Of a stretch of 64,000 bases of DNA, positions 48,940-58,785 are shown piece after piece. The DNA comes from Vulcanimicrobiota bacterium (GTDB lineage Bacteria; Vulcanimicrobiota; Vulcanimicrobiia; Eremiobacterales; Eremiobacteraceae). The stretch spans positions 992,001 through 1,056,000 of the forward strand of contig CAWETU010000001.1 of the NCBI GenBank assembly GCA_963812135.1, given 5' to 3'. The position numbers were made by a program, and so were the translations under genes. The notes below the pieces were generated by a model. It was not told the origin of the DNA. It did no database searches and worked only from the letters and a program-made list of their open reading frames with translations. Positions within the stretch are counted from its first letter, which is position 1. Every line of letters starts with the position of its first letter.

Positions 48940-50600
48940 GCGGTCTGCACCGCCGCGTCCTCCTGGCGGCCGAACTCGTCTACCGCCATCTCGCGCAGTT
49001 TGTATTTCTGGATCTTGCCGCTTGCGGTCATCGGGTAGGCGTCGACGAACATCACCAGCGCCGGCACCTTCTGGCGTTGGATCTGGCCATCGCAAAACGC
49101 GATGACCTCTTCGGCCGTCAACGTCTCTCCGGGCTTGACCTTCACAACCGCGCAGACTTCCTCGCCCCAGCGCTTGCTGGGCACGCCGATCACCTGCACG
49201 TCGGAGACCTTGGGATGGCTGTAGAGGAACTCTTCGATCTCGCGCGGGTAGACGTTCTCGCCGCCGCGGATGATCATGTCCTTGATGCGTCCGACGATCT
49301 TGACGTAACCGCGTTCGTCCATCTGCGCCAGATCGCCTGAGTGCAGCCAGCGATCGTCATCGATCGCCTTGCTCGTCGCCTCAGGATCGTGATAGTAGCC
49401 CTTCATGGTGCCATGACCGCGCGAGCAGAGCTCGCCAGGAGCGCCAGGCGATTGCGCCGCGCCGCTCTCCGGATCGGCGATCTTCACCTCGACGCCTGGC
49501 AGCGCCCGCCCGACCGTCGCGACGCGCAGTTCGATCGAGTCGTCCGTGCGCGTCTGCGTGATGACCGGCGACGCTTCGGTGAGACCATAGGCGATCGTCA
49601 GCTCGCGCGCGCCCATCGTCTCCGTGACCGCGCGCATCACCTCGATCGGGCACGGCGATCCGGCCATGATCCCGGTGCGTAAGCTGCTCAGATCGAAGCT
49701 CGCGAACTCAGGATGCTCGAGCTCGGCGATGAACATCGTCGGCACGCCGTAGATAGCAGTGCAGCGCTCTTTGTGGATCGCGTCGAGCACCGCGCGCGGC
49801 TCGAACACTTCGATGGGCACCATGGTGGCGCCGCGCGTCATGGCGCCAAGGCTCGCCATCACGCAGCCGAAGCAGTGGAACAACGGCACGGGAAAGCACA
49901 GCCGGTCGTTTTCGGTGAGGTTCTGGCACCCGCTGACGTGGTAGGCGTTGAGCACGATGTTGCGGTGCGTCAGCATCACGCCCTTGGGGAAGCCGGTCGT
50001 GCCGCTCGTGTACTGCATGTTGATGACGTCGCTCGGATTGAGCGACGCCGAGCGCGCCGCGAGCTGCTCGGGGCTGACCGCGGACGCCAGATCGAAGATA
50101 TCGCTGAACTTGAGCATGCCCGGCAGCCGCTCGTCGCCGATGAAGATGAGGCGGCGCAAGCGAGGGAGCGTCTCGAAACTATTGTGGCCGACCTTCGAGC
50201 GGTCGAGCTCGGGCAGCACTTGGCGCAGCGTCTGCACGTAATCGACGCCTTTGAAACTGCGGATGAGGAAGAACGTCGTTGTATCGCTTTGCCGCAGCAG
50301 ATACTCGAGCTCGTGCGCGCGATACGCGGTGTTCACCGTGACCAACACCGCGCCGATCTTCGCGGTCGCGTACTGGAGATAGAGCCACTCGGGCACATTC
50401 GACGCCCAGATCGAGACGTGTTCGCCCTTCTTGATGTCGAGGGCGAGCAATCCGCGCGCGAGCGTGTCTACGCGATCGCGGAACTGCGCGTAGGTGAGGC
50501 GCAGCGGCCGATCGGTGTACACGAGGCACTCGCGGTCGCCGAATTTGTCGGCCTGGCGATCGAGCAACGTGCCGATGGTAATGCGATCGATGTCTTGCAT
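48936..50600 (-). CDS. AMP-binding acyl-CoA synthetase
   Basis: YTSGTTGFPKG, YGLTE, GRIKDMIIRGGEN and GKIQK. Confidence 0.92.
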   Translation of the reverse strand: MQDIDRITIGTLLDRQADKFGDRECLVYTDRPLRLTYAQFRDRVDTLARGLLALDIKKGEHVSIWASNVPEWLYLQYATAKIGAVLVTVNTAYRAHELEYLLRQSDTTTFFLIRSFKGVDYVQTLRQVLPELDRSKVGHNSFETLPRLRRLIFIGDERLPGMLKFSDIFDLASAVSPEQLAARSASLNPSDVINMQYTSGTTGFPKGVMLTHRNIVLNAYHVSGCQNLTENDRLCFPVPLFHCFGCVMASLGAMTRGATMVPIEVFEPRAVLDAIHKERCTAIYGVPTMFIAELEHPEFASFDLSSLRTGIMAGSPCPIEVMRAVTETMGARELTIAYGLTEASPVITQTRTDDSIELRVATVGRALPGVEVKIADPESGAAQSPGAPGELCSRGHGTMKGYYHDPEATSKAIDDDRWLHSGDLAQMDERGYVKIVGRIKDMIIRGGENVYPREIEEFLYSHPKVSDVQVIGVPSKRWGEEVCAVVKVKPGETLTAEEVIAFCDGQIQRQKVPALVMFVDAYPMTASGKIQKYKLREMAVDEFGRQEDAAVQTA

Positions 50601-50621
50601 GGGAGCGTCCCCCGGCCCCGA

Positions 50622-52223
50622 TCAGGTCTTTGATTTGTGCGCGGCGCTTCGCTCTCGTAGCTTGAAACGTTGGATCTTGCCCGTCGCGGTCTTGGGCAAC
50701 TCGTCCAGGAAGTGCAGCGACCGCGGATACTTGTAGATCGCGAGCCGCTCTTTCACGAACAGCTGCAGCTCCATCGCCAATTCATCGGATGCGGCGTGTC
50801 CGCGGCGCAAGACGACGAAGGCGATCGGTTTGATCAGCTCCGCTTCATCTGCGACGCCGACCACGCCGGCTTCGAGCACCGCCGGATGTTCGATGAGCGT
50901 GCTCTCGACTTCGACCGGCGAGACCCATTGCCCGCCGACCTTGAGCATGTCATCGCTGCGCCCGGCGTACCAGTAGTAACCGTCCTCGTCCAGCCGATAA
51001 GTGTCGCCCGTGTCGAGCCAGTCGCCTAAGAAGGTGGCTTTGGTCTTCTCGTGGCGGTTCCAATAGCCGGCGGCGATGCTGTCGCCAGCGATCTGCAGAC
51101 GCCCGGTCTCGCCGACCGGCACGGGCTCGCCTTCCGCATCGACGATACGCGCATCGTAACCGCTGACGATCTGGCCGGAAGAGCCGGGGCGGATCGCGCC
51201 CGGCCGATTGGAGATGAACATGTGCGCGGCTTCGGTCGAGCCGATGCCGTCGATGACATCGAAACCGAACGCGCTCTTCCAGCGCCGATAGATCTCCGCC
51301 GGCAGCGCCTCGCCGGCCGAAACGCCGAAACGCACCGATGAAAGGTCGAAACGCGCCGGTCCGTCCGCGACGTCGAGCATCGCCGCATACGACGTCGGCA
51401 CGGAGAAGAACAGCGTTGGTTTGCTGCGGGCGGCAAGCTCGAGGACTGCTTCAGGCAACGGCCGGCTCGGATACAAGATCGTCGTCGCGCCGACGCCGAA
51501 CGGGAAATACAGCGAGTTGCCGAGCCCGTAGGCGAAGAAGAGCTTGGCAACCGAGTACGTTCGGTCATGCTCAGTGATGCCCAGCACGTGCGTGCCGAAA
51601 TGATCGCAGCAGAATGCCATGTCGTGGTGCAGATGAATCGTGCCCTTGGGGAAGCCGGTCGTGCCCGAGCTATAGAGCCAAAATGCGGCGTCGTCTTTGC
51701 TCGTCTCGTAGGCGCTGAACTCGGGCGACGCCGCTGCCACTGCCTGACGAAAATCGACAATGGCGATCGTCGCATCCGACGGCAGCCCGGTGCCGGCGTC
51801 ATCCACGATGGCGATGACGCTGAGATGGTGGAGATCTTTGAGAATCGGTTCGACGGCTGGCCATAACGACGTCGAGACCACGAGCACGCGGGCGCGGCTG
51901 TCCTCGAGCATGTACCGGTAGTCGTTGGGCTTGAGCAGCGTGTTCGTCGGCACCGCGACCGCGCCCAGCTTCATGGCGCCGAAAAAGCAGTAGACGAACT
52001 CGGGGCAGTCTGGCAAGAGCACGGTGACTCGCTGTTCGAGTCCGAGACCGAGCGAGACGAGCGCATTGGCGCAGCGATTGACGTTGGCCCGGACATCGCC
52101 GTAGCTCAGACGCTCATCGCCGAACTCGATCGCGATCTTCGCGCCGCGGCCGAGATCGAGGTTGCGGTCAACGAAGTGCAGCGCCGCGTTGAAGAGGTCC
52201 GGCACGTCTGCGACGGCGGCCAT
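50622..52223 (-). CDS. Benzoate-CoA ligase family protein
   Basis: FWLYSSGTTG.PKG, AKLFFAYGLGN, DGIGSTE, GRSDDMLKV and TGKIQRF. Confidence 0.88.
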   Translation of the reverse strand: MAAVADVPDLFNAALHFVDRNLDLGRGAKIAIEFGDERLSYGDVRANVNRCANALVSLGLGLEQRVTVLLPDCPEFVYCFFGAMKLGAVAVPTNTLLKPNDYRYMLEDSRARVLVVSTSLWPAVEPILKDLHHLSVIAIVDDAGTGLPSDATIAIVDFRQAVAAASPEFSAYETSKDDAAFWLYSSGTTGFPKGTIHLHHDMAFCCDHFGTHVLGITEHDRTYSVAKLFFAYGLGNSLYFPFGVGATTILYPSRPLPEAVLELAARSKPTLFFSVPTSYAAMLDVADGPARFDLSSVRFGVSAGEALPAEIYRRWKSAFGFDVIDGIGSTEAAHMFISNRPGAIRPGSSGQIVSGYDARIVDAEGEPVPVGETGRLQIAGDSIAAGYWNRHEKTKATFLGDWLDTGDTYRLDEDGYYWYAGRSDDMLKVGGQWVSPVEVESTLIEHPAVLEAGVVGVADEAELIKPIAFVVLRRGHAASDELAMELQLFVKERLAIYKYPRSLHFLDELPKTATGKIQRFKLRERSAAHKSKT

Positions 52224-52332
52224 CCATGCCTCCAGACTTCAAGTGGACGGCGGGCTACCACCCGAGGGAGGTCGCTTCCTCCGTCGGCTCGTACTATCCG
52301 CCAACCGTCGCCGTCCGCACGAAAGGCACATC

Positions 52333-53448
52333 ATGCAAAGCTCTACTCGGGCGTTTTTCGTATTGTCCGCCGCAGCGCTGCTCGCGTTCGCATCCTCGCC
52401 CGCCCACGCGGCGAGCGGCGACGCATCGGTCGGCGCGGTCTTCGACATCACGGGCTCTGCCGGCTCATACGGCGACGGGCAGAAGAACGGCTTGCAGATG
52501 GGCCAGGATTACGTCAACCGCAACGGCCGCGTGCATCTCACGTTCGACATCCAAGATGCGGCGTCGCAAAAAGCTCAGGCGGTCAACCTGTTCCAGAGCT
52601 TCACCACCGGCGGCAAGGTGTCGGCGATCATCGGCCCGACGCTCTCGAGCGAAGCGTTCTCCGCCGATCCCATCGCGGCAGCCGCGGGCATGCCGGTGCT
52701 GGGCATCTCCAACACGGCCAACGGCGTGACCGCAATCGGTCCGTGCATTTTCCGCGACTCGCTGACCGAGGCCGCCGTCGTGCCGCACGCGTTGAAAGCG
52801 GTCATCGATCGCTATCACGTCAAGACCGCCGCGATCATCTACGGCAACGACGACGCGTTCACCAAGACCGACTACGATGTGGCCAAAGCGGCGTTGGAGA
52901 AGCTACACATAAAGGTCTTGACAACGCAGACGTTCTCGAAGGGCGACGTCGACTTCCAGGCGCAGCTGACCAACATCAAAGGCGCGAACCCCGACCTGCT
53001 GTTCGTCGGCGCGCTCGCCGTCGAGGCGGGTCACATCGTCGCCGATGCCCACACGCTTGGCGTTAAGGCGCACATCGTCGGCGGCAACGGGCTCAATTCG
53101 CCGCAGGTCTACAGCCTTTCCGGCGGCGCCGCTGAAGGCGTTGTGGTCGGCGCGGCATGGGCGATCGGCGCGCAAACGCCCGGCAATCTCGATTTCGTGC
53201 AAGCCTACCGCGTGCGGTTCCAAAAAGATCCTGATCAGTTCGCCGCACAAGCATTTGCCGCTGCGCAGATCATGGAGAACGTGCTGACGGGCGCCAAGTC
53301 GTTTTCGCCCAAAGACGTCTGCGATGCGATGAAGTCGATGAAGCCGGTGAACACGGTGCTTGGGGCGTTCTCATTCGATTCGAATCGCGATGCGACCGGC
53401 GACGGCGTGGTGCTCGAGGTCCACAACGGCAGGTTCATCGGCTTCTAG
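52333..53448 (+). CDS. HAAT (Liv-type) ABC transporter substrate-binding protein
   Basis: Signal peptide; TG....YG, IIGP..S and DF.AQLT. Confidence 0.88.
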   Translation: MQSSTRAFFVLSAAALLAFASSPAHAASGDASVGAVFDITGSAGSYGDGQKNGLQMGQDYVNRNGRVHLTFDIQDAASQKAQAVNLFQSFTTGGKVSAIIGPTLSSEAFSADPIAAAAGMPVLGISNTANGVTAIGPCIFRDSLTEAAVVPHALKAVIDRYHVKTAAIIYGNDDAFTKTDYDVAKAALEKLHIKVLTTQTFSKGDVDFQAQLTNIKGANPDLLFVGALAVEAGHIVADAHTLGVKAHIVGGNGLNSPQVYSLSGGAAEGVVVGAAWAIGAQTPGNLDFVQAYRVRFQKDPDQFAAQAFAAAQIMENVLTGAKSFSPKDVCDAMKSMKPVNTVLGAFSFDSNRDATGDGVVLEVHNGRFIGF

Positions 53449-53491
53449 GCCGGCGACGTGACGTAGGCGCGCGCTCCAGGCCGGCGATCAC

Positions 53492-54370
53492 ATGCTCATA
53501 CAGCAACTGGTCAATGGCTTGTTCATCGGCAGTGTCTACGCGCTGTTCGCGCTCGGCTATACGCTGATCTTCGGCGTCCTCGACATCCTCAATCTCGCGC
53601 ACGCATCGATCTTCATGCTCGGCGCGTTCACGACGCTCATCATGGTGCTCAAAGGCGTGTCGCTGCCATTCGCCATCGCCGGCGGCGCGATCGCCGGCGG
53701 GTTGTTCGGCGTGCTGCTCGATCGCATCGCGTTCTGGCCGCTGCGCCGCCGCCAGGCCGGTCCGCTCGCGCCGCTCATCTCGAGCATCGCGGTCGGCATG
53801 ATCTATGTCGCGCTCGCCAACGGCTACTTCGGTCCTGATGTCCGCCACTTCCCGTTCGACGTCGTCCGCACGCCGACGATCACGATCGGCCCCGCGACGT
53901 TCACACTGATGCAGCTCATCATCTTTGTGGTAAGTCTCGCGCTGATGATCGGCCTTCAGGCATTGCTGCGGTACACGCGATTGGGCGCCGCAATTCGCGC
54001 CGTGGCGGAGAACCCCCGCGCCGCCCAACTCGTGGGCATCGACCTCGAATCGGTGTACGCGCAGACGTTCTTCATCGCGTCAGCGCTCGGCGCGGTCGCC
54101 GGCGTCTTATTCGCGCTGAATTTCAACACGGTGAGCTCGCTGATGGGGTCGACCGTGGAGCTCAAAGGGCTCGCGGTCATCATCCTGGGCGGGATGGGCT
54201 CGATTCCCGGATCGCTGATCGGCGGCTTGCTCATCGGGCTCTCCGAAGATCTGACCGTGGGTTATTTGAGCTCGAGCTACCGCGACGCGATCGTCTTCGC
54301 GATATTGTTCCTCGTCTTGATCGTCCGCCCGGGCGGGCTGTTCGGCCGGCGCAGTCTGCGCGCTGCCTGA
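53492..54370 (+). CDS. livH: HAAT ABC permease
   Basis: QQLVNGL..GS.YAL.ALGYTL.FG...NLAH. Confidence 0.88.
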   Translation: MLIQQLVNGLFIGSVYALFALGYTLIFGVLDILNLAHASIFMLGAFTTLIMVLKGVSLPFAIAGGAIAGGLFGVLLDRIAFWPLRRRQAGPLAPLISSIAVGMIYVALANGYFGPDVRHFPFDVVRTPTITIGPATFTLMQLIIFVVSLALMIGLQALLRYTRLGAAIRAVAENPRAAQLVGIDLESVYAQTFFIASALGAVAGVLFALNFNTVSSLMGSTVELKGLAVIILGGMGSIPGSLIGGLLIGLSEDLTVGYLSSSYRDAIVFAILFLVLIVRPGGLFGRRSLRAA

Positions 54371-54374
54371 CGCG

Positions 54375-55214
54375 ATGCACGCGCTCGGTTCGTTCCTGAC
54401 CTCACACTCGGCGCTCTTCAACGAGATCGGCATCAACGCGCTGCTCGCGCTGTCGGTGTGGGTGACTTTGGCGTGCGGCCAGCTCTCGCTCGGCAACATG
54501 GGGTTTATGGCGATCGCGGCATACTCGTCGGTACTGCTGGTCACGCGCGGGCACTGGCCATTTCCCGCAGCGGTGCTGGCGGGATCGCTCTTGGCTGCGA
54601 TCGCGGGCTTGTTGCTCGGCTGGCCTGTCCTGCGTTTGCGCGGCGTGTTCCTCGCGATCGCGACGATCGGCTTCGGCGAGATCGTCCGCATCTTCGCGGT
54701 GAACCTCTCGATCACAGGCGGAGCAGAAGGCATCGCGAGCATCCCGCCGCTTGCATCGACGCCGCTGATCTACGCGTCGCTCGCCCTCGTCACGTTCTTG
54801 CTCTGGCGCCTCATGCGCTCGCGCGCCGGCCGCGCATTCACCGCGATCGCGCAAGACGAGATCGCCGCACAGGGCATCGGCATCGATCCAGCGGCATACA
54901 AGCTGCTGGCGTTCGCGATCGGCGCGTTCATCGCGGGCTACGCGGGCGCGCTTGCGGCGTTCTCTTCCTTCTATATAAGTCCAAGCGAGTACGGTTTCGG
55001 ACGAGCGGTCGACGTCCTCGCGTATGCCGTGGTCGGCGGGATGGGGTCAGTGGGCGGCCCGATTCTCGGCGCAGCGTTGCTCACGGTCTTACCGGAGGCG
55101 CTGCGTTTCTTGCACGACTACCGCGACGCCGTGAACGGGCTGATCTTATTGCTCGTCATCATCTTCTTGCCCCAGGGCCTGTGGTCGGTCTTCCGCGGGC
55201 GGAGCGGTCGATGA
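54375..55214 (+). CDS. livM: HAAT ABC permease
   Basis: GQLSLG, LRLRG.FLAIAT.GFGEI and TGGAEG. Confidence 0.88.
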   Translation: MHALGSFLTSHSALFNEIGINALLALSVWVTLACGQLSLGNMGFMAIAAYSSVLLVTRGHWPFPAAVLAGSLLAAIAGLLLGWPVLRLRGVFLAIATIGFGEIVRIFAVNLSITGGAEGIASIPPLASTPLIYASLALVTFLLWRLMRSRAGRAFTAIAQDEIAAQGIGIDPAAYKLLAFAIGAFIAGYAGALAAFSSFYISPSEYGFGRAVDVLAYAVVGGMGSVGGPILGAALLTVLPEALRFLHDYRDAVNGLILLLVIIFLPQGLWSVFRGRSGR

Positions 55215-55975
55215 TATCGTTGAGCGGCGTGTGCAAGGACTACGGCGGCGTACACGCCGTCAGGAATCTCACCCTCGAGATGCCGCCTCGCGCGCTGCTC
55301 GGCTTGATCGGTCCCAACGGCGCCGGCAAGACGACCGTGCTGAACCTCATGACCGGCCTTGCGACGCCGACCAGCGGCAGCATCGAATTCGGCGGTCAGC
55401 GCATCGACCACCGCAAGCCGCACGAGATCGCGGCACTCGGCGTCGCTCGAACCTACCAGACGTCGCGCTTGTTCCCGCACATGACCGCGCTCGAAAACGT
55501 CGTCGCGGGCATGCACCTGCGGGCCGACGATTCGCTGTTGGGCCAGCTTGTCGCTTGGCCCGCCACGCAACGCCAGCTCGATGCGCTTCGCGAGCAGGCG
55601 CGGGCGCTGCTCAACGAGATGGGCTTGGCCGACCGCGCGGACGTCGAGGCGCGCAATCTGGCGCACGGCGAACAGCGCCGCGTGGAGCTGGCGCGTGCCA
55701 TCGCAGTGCAGCCGCGCGTCTTACTGCTGGACGAGCCTGCGGCCGGGCTCAACCAGATCGAGACCGAGCGCCTGCGCGACGAGATCGGGCGGCTGGTGCG
55801 CGAGCGCGACATGAGCGTGTTGCTCGTTGAACACGATATGGCGCTCGTGATGTCCGCGTGCGATCGGATCGTCGTGCTCGATTTCGGCGAGAAGATCGCC
55901 GAGGGAACGCCGGCGCAGGTGCGCAGCGATCCGAAAGTCATCGAAGCGTATCTCGGTGTGGAGAACGTGTCGTGA
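55211..55975 (+). CDS. livG: HAAT ABC ATP-binding protein
   Basis: GPNGAGKTT, LLLDEPAAG, VEHDM and VIEAYLG. Confidence 0.9.
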   Translation: MISLSGVCKDYGGVHAVRNLTLEMPPRALLGLIGPNGAGKTTVLNLMTGLATPTSGSIEFGGQRIDHRKPHEIAALGVARTYQTSRLFPHMTALENVVAGMHLRADDSLLGQLVAWPATQRQLDALREQARALLNEMGLADRADVEARNLAHGEQRRVELARAIAVQPRVLLLDEPAAGLNQIETERLRDEIGRLVRERDMSVLLVEHDMALVMSACDRIVVLDFGEKIAEGTPAQVRSDPKVIEAYLGVENVS

Positions 55976-56703
55976 GCGGCGCGCTGCTCGACGTCCGCGG
56001 GCTGCGCGCTGGATATGGGCGCGTCGAAGTGCTGCGCGGCATCGATCTGCGTTTGGAACAGGGCCGCGTGGCGACGATCATCGGCGCCAACGGCGCCGGC
56101 AAGACGACGACGCTGCTGGCCATCTCGGGAATCCTAAAACCGACGGCGGGGACCATCGAGTTCGGCGGCAGCGAGATCGGCGGCCGGCCGCCGCACGAGA
56201 TCGTCTCGCGCGGTCTAGTCCACGTGCCGGAGGGCCGTCTGATCCTCGCGCAGATGAGCGTGCGCGAGAACCTGGCAGTCGGTGCGTGGACACGCCGCGA
56301 TCGCGCGGGTGTCGCAGCGGACATCGATTCGATGTTCGCGCGCTTTCCGATCCTGCGCGAACGCGCGGACTTGACGGCCGGCTCGCTGTCGGGCGGCGAA
56401 CAACAAATGCTGGCGATCGCACGCGGCCTGATGGCACGCCCGAAACTTCTACTGCTTGACGAACCGTCGATGGGACTTGCACCGCTGCTCGTCGCCCAGA
56501 TCTTCGAGATCATCAAAGCGCTGCGCAAGGAAGGCCACTCGATCGTGCTGGTCGAGCAGAACGCGCGCCAAGCGCTCGCGGTGAGCGACGATGCGTACGT
56601 GCTCGAGCGCGGTGCGATCGTCAAGGCCGGGCCGGCGGCCGAGCTCGCGCGCGATCCGGGGGTGACGGCGGCCTACCTCGGCGAAGCTCGGCCGGTCGGA
56701 TGA
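55972..56703 (+). CDS. livF: HAAT ABC ATP-binding protein
   Basis: GANGAGKTT, VPEGR, LSGGEQQMLA and VEQN. Confidence 0.9.
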   Translation: MSGALLDVRGLRAGYGRVEVLRGIDLRLEQGRVATIIGANGAGKTTTLLAISGILKPTAGTIEFGGSEIGGRPPHEIVSRGLVHVPEGRLILAQMSVRENLAVGAWTRRDRAGVAADIDSMFARFPILRERADLTAGSLSGGEQQMLAIARGLMARPKLLLLDEPSMGLAPLLVAQIFEIIKALRKEGHSIVLVEQNARQALAVSDDAYVLERGAIVKAGPAAELARDPGVTAAYLGEARPVG

Positions 56704-56744
56704 CACAGCACTTTCCCAGGCGAAACCGATAGGCTACAAAGGCA

Positions 56745-57434
56745 ATGAAAACAACACCCAAAGTGGTAGTCGTCGATGACGAACGCCACGTCCGCGAGAT
56801 GCTTGAGCTCGGCCTGACGCGCGAAGGCTATACGGTGCGTTCGGCCGCCGACGGCGCGCAAGCGCTCGAGCTCATCGGCCAGTGGCAGCCCGACGTCATC
56901 ATCCTCGACGTCATGCTGCCCAAGATCGACGGCTTCACGCTGTTGCCGATGCTGCGCAAGAAGACCGAAGCCCCCATCATCATGTTGACCGCGAAAGGCG
57001 ACATACCGGACAAGGTCGTAGCGCTCGATCGCGGCGCCGACGATTATCTCGCCAAGCCATTCGCATTCGAAGAGCTGCTCGCGCGGCTCGGCGCGGCACT
57101 GCGGCGTCCGAAGCTCGTTGCCGGCGCCGAGTTGCGCTACGACGATCTCAGCGTGAACGTCGAGACACACGAAGTGATCAGAGGCGGGCGTCGTATCGGC
57201 CTGACGCCGCGCGAATTCGATTTGCTCGTCGCGCTGATCCGCGTGCCGCGTCGCGTGCTCACGAAGGAGCAGCTGCTCGAGCAAGTGTGGGGCCACGATT
57301 TCGAGGGCGAGGTCGGCATCGTCGAGACGTATATCTCGTATCTGCGCGCGAAAGTCGACGGCGGCGCGCAGAAGAAGATCATCCACACAGTACGCGGGGT
57401 CGGGTACGCGTTGCGCGAAGATGAGCTCCCATGA
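56745..57434 (+). CDS. OmpR-family response regulator (MprA-like)
   Basis: VVDD, LDVMLP, GADDY..KPF and TVRGVGY. Confidence 0.93.
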   Translation: MKTTPKVVVVDDERHVREMLELGLTREGYTVRSAADGAQALELIGQWQPDVIILDVMLPKIDGFTLLPMLRKKTEAPIIMLTAKGDIPDKVVALDRGADDYLAKPFAFEELLARLGAALRRPKLVAGAELRYDDLSVNVETHEVIRGGRRIGLTPREFDLLVALIRVPRRVLTKEQLLEQVWGHDFEGEVGIVETYISYLRAKVDGGAQKKIIHTVRGVGYALREDELP

Positions 57435-58783
57435 AATCTCTCGCGTCGAGACTGGCGGCGTGGTACGCGATCATCTTCGTCGCGCTGCTGGCGTTCGTCG
57501 TCGTCGCGTCCTCGCTGACGCTGGTCTCGATGTTACAGCGCGAGACTCGCGCGATGCTCATGGCGCGCGGCGCCGACGTGCGCGTCCTCGGCACGGCGCT
57601 CGGTTCGAACGAGACCGCGCTGCGCATGGTCGCGCCGGCGATCGCGCAGGATCTCGAGAGCTTGGGGATGCGCGGTGCCATCTTCGACAACGAAGGCCAG
57701 TTCTTGGCGGGCGACGCGAGCCAGGCGGCCAGCGGCGCGGTGTTCGCAGGCGTCAAGCGCGGCGTCGTGTCGCCCGACCGCGGTCCATTGCACTACGTGC
57801 CGTATCCTGGCGGCTACCTCACGCTCGCACCCGCGTTTGACTTTTTGTTGTTCAATCTCGGCCCATACTGGTTGACGCTCGCGATAGTGCTGGGCATCGC
57901 GCTCATCATCGCGTGGATCGCCGGCCGTGCGCTCGCGGCACAGGCGCTCGCCCCGATCGTCGACGTCACCAACGCGCTCGATTCGCTCGGCCGCGGCGAT
58001 TTCTCGCGACGCACGTCCGCGCGCGGCGAGCCGGGCGAGATCGGCGCCTTGGCGGTGGCATACAATTCAGCGGCCGAGAAGGTCGGCGAAGCGTTCGAAG
58101 AACGCCGCCGCAACGAAGCGAGCATGCGCCAGTTCTCCGCCGACGCGGGCCATGAATTGCGCACCCCGCTGACGGTCATCTCCGGCTACGTCTCCGTGCT
58201 CAGACGCGGTGCGGTGACCGAACCTACGGTCGCCAACGATATCCTGGGGACGATTTCGCTAGAGTGCGAGCGCATGCGCCAGCTCATCAACAAACTGCTG
58301 GCGCTTTCCCGTTTGGACAACGAGCCGCAGGCCGAGCTCGAGGTCGTCGACGCCGCGCGCGTGACGCGCGACGCCGTCGAAGGCTCACGCACGCTGATCC
58401 CCGCCGGCACGCTGACCTTGGACGCCCCGGGCCCATTGCAGGTGCGCGCGCACCCCGCCGAACTGCGCGACGCGGTGCGCAACCTGATCGAGAACGCCGC
58501 GAAGCATGCGCCGGGCGCGCACGTCGACGTTCGCGCGCAACGCCGCGACGGGCGAGCCACGATCGAGGTCGCGGACGACGGCGCCGGCATGCCGGCGGAC
58601 GAGCAAGCGCATGCCTTCGAACGCTTCTTCCGCGGAGAGATGCGCGGCGATGTCAGCGGCTCTGGGCTCGGGTTGGCGATCGTCCGCAAGGCGATGGAGC
58701 GCATGGGCGGCAGCGCCGAGTTGTGGAGCGAACCTGGTAAGGGAACGAAGGTGACGTTGAGCTTGCCGCTCGCTGAAGGTTAG
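57431..58783 (+). CDS. HAMP-domain sensor histidine kinase
   Basis: HELRTPL, NLIENA, D.G.G and GSGLGL. Confidence 0.93.
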   Translation: MKSLASRLAAWYAIIFVALLAFVVVASSLTLVSMLQRETRAMLMARGADVRVLGTALGSNETALRMVAPAIAQDLESLGMRGAIFDNEGQFLAGDASQAASGAVFAGVKRGVVSPDRGPLHYVPYPGGYLTLAPAFDFLLFNLGPYWLTLAIVLGIALIIAWIAGRALAAQALAPIVDVTNALDSLGRGDFSRRTSARGEPGEIGALAVAYNSAAEKVGEAFEERRRNEASMRQFSADAGHELRTPLTVISGYVSVLRRGAVTEPTVANDILGTISLECERMRQLINKLLALSRLDNEPQAELEVVDAARVTRDAVEGSRTLIPAGTLTLDAPGPLQVRAHPAELRDAVRNLIENAAKHAPGAHVDVRAQRRDGRATIEVADDGAGMPADEQAHAFERFFRGEMRGDVSGSGLGLAIVRKAMERMGGSAELWSEPGKGTKVTLSLPLAEG

Positions 58784-58785
58784 AC

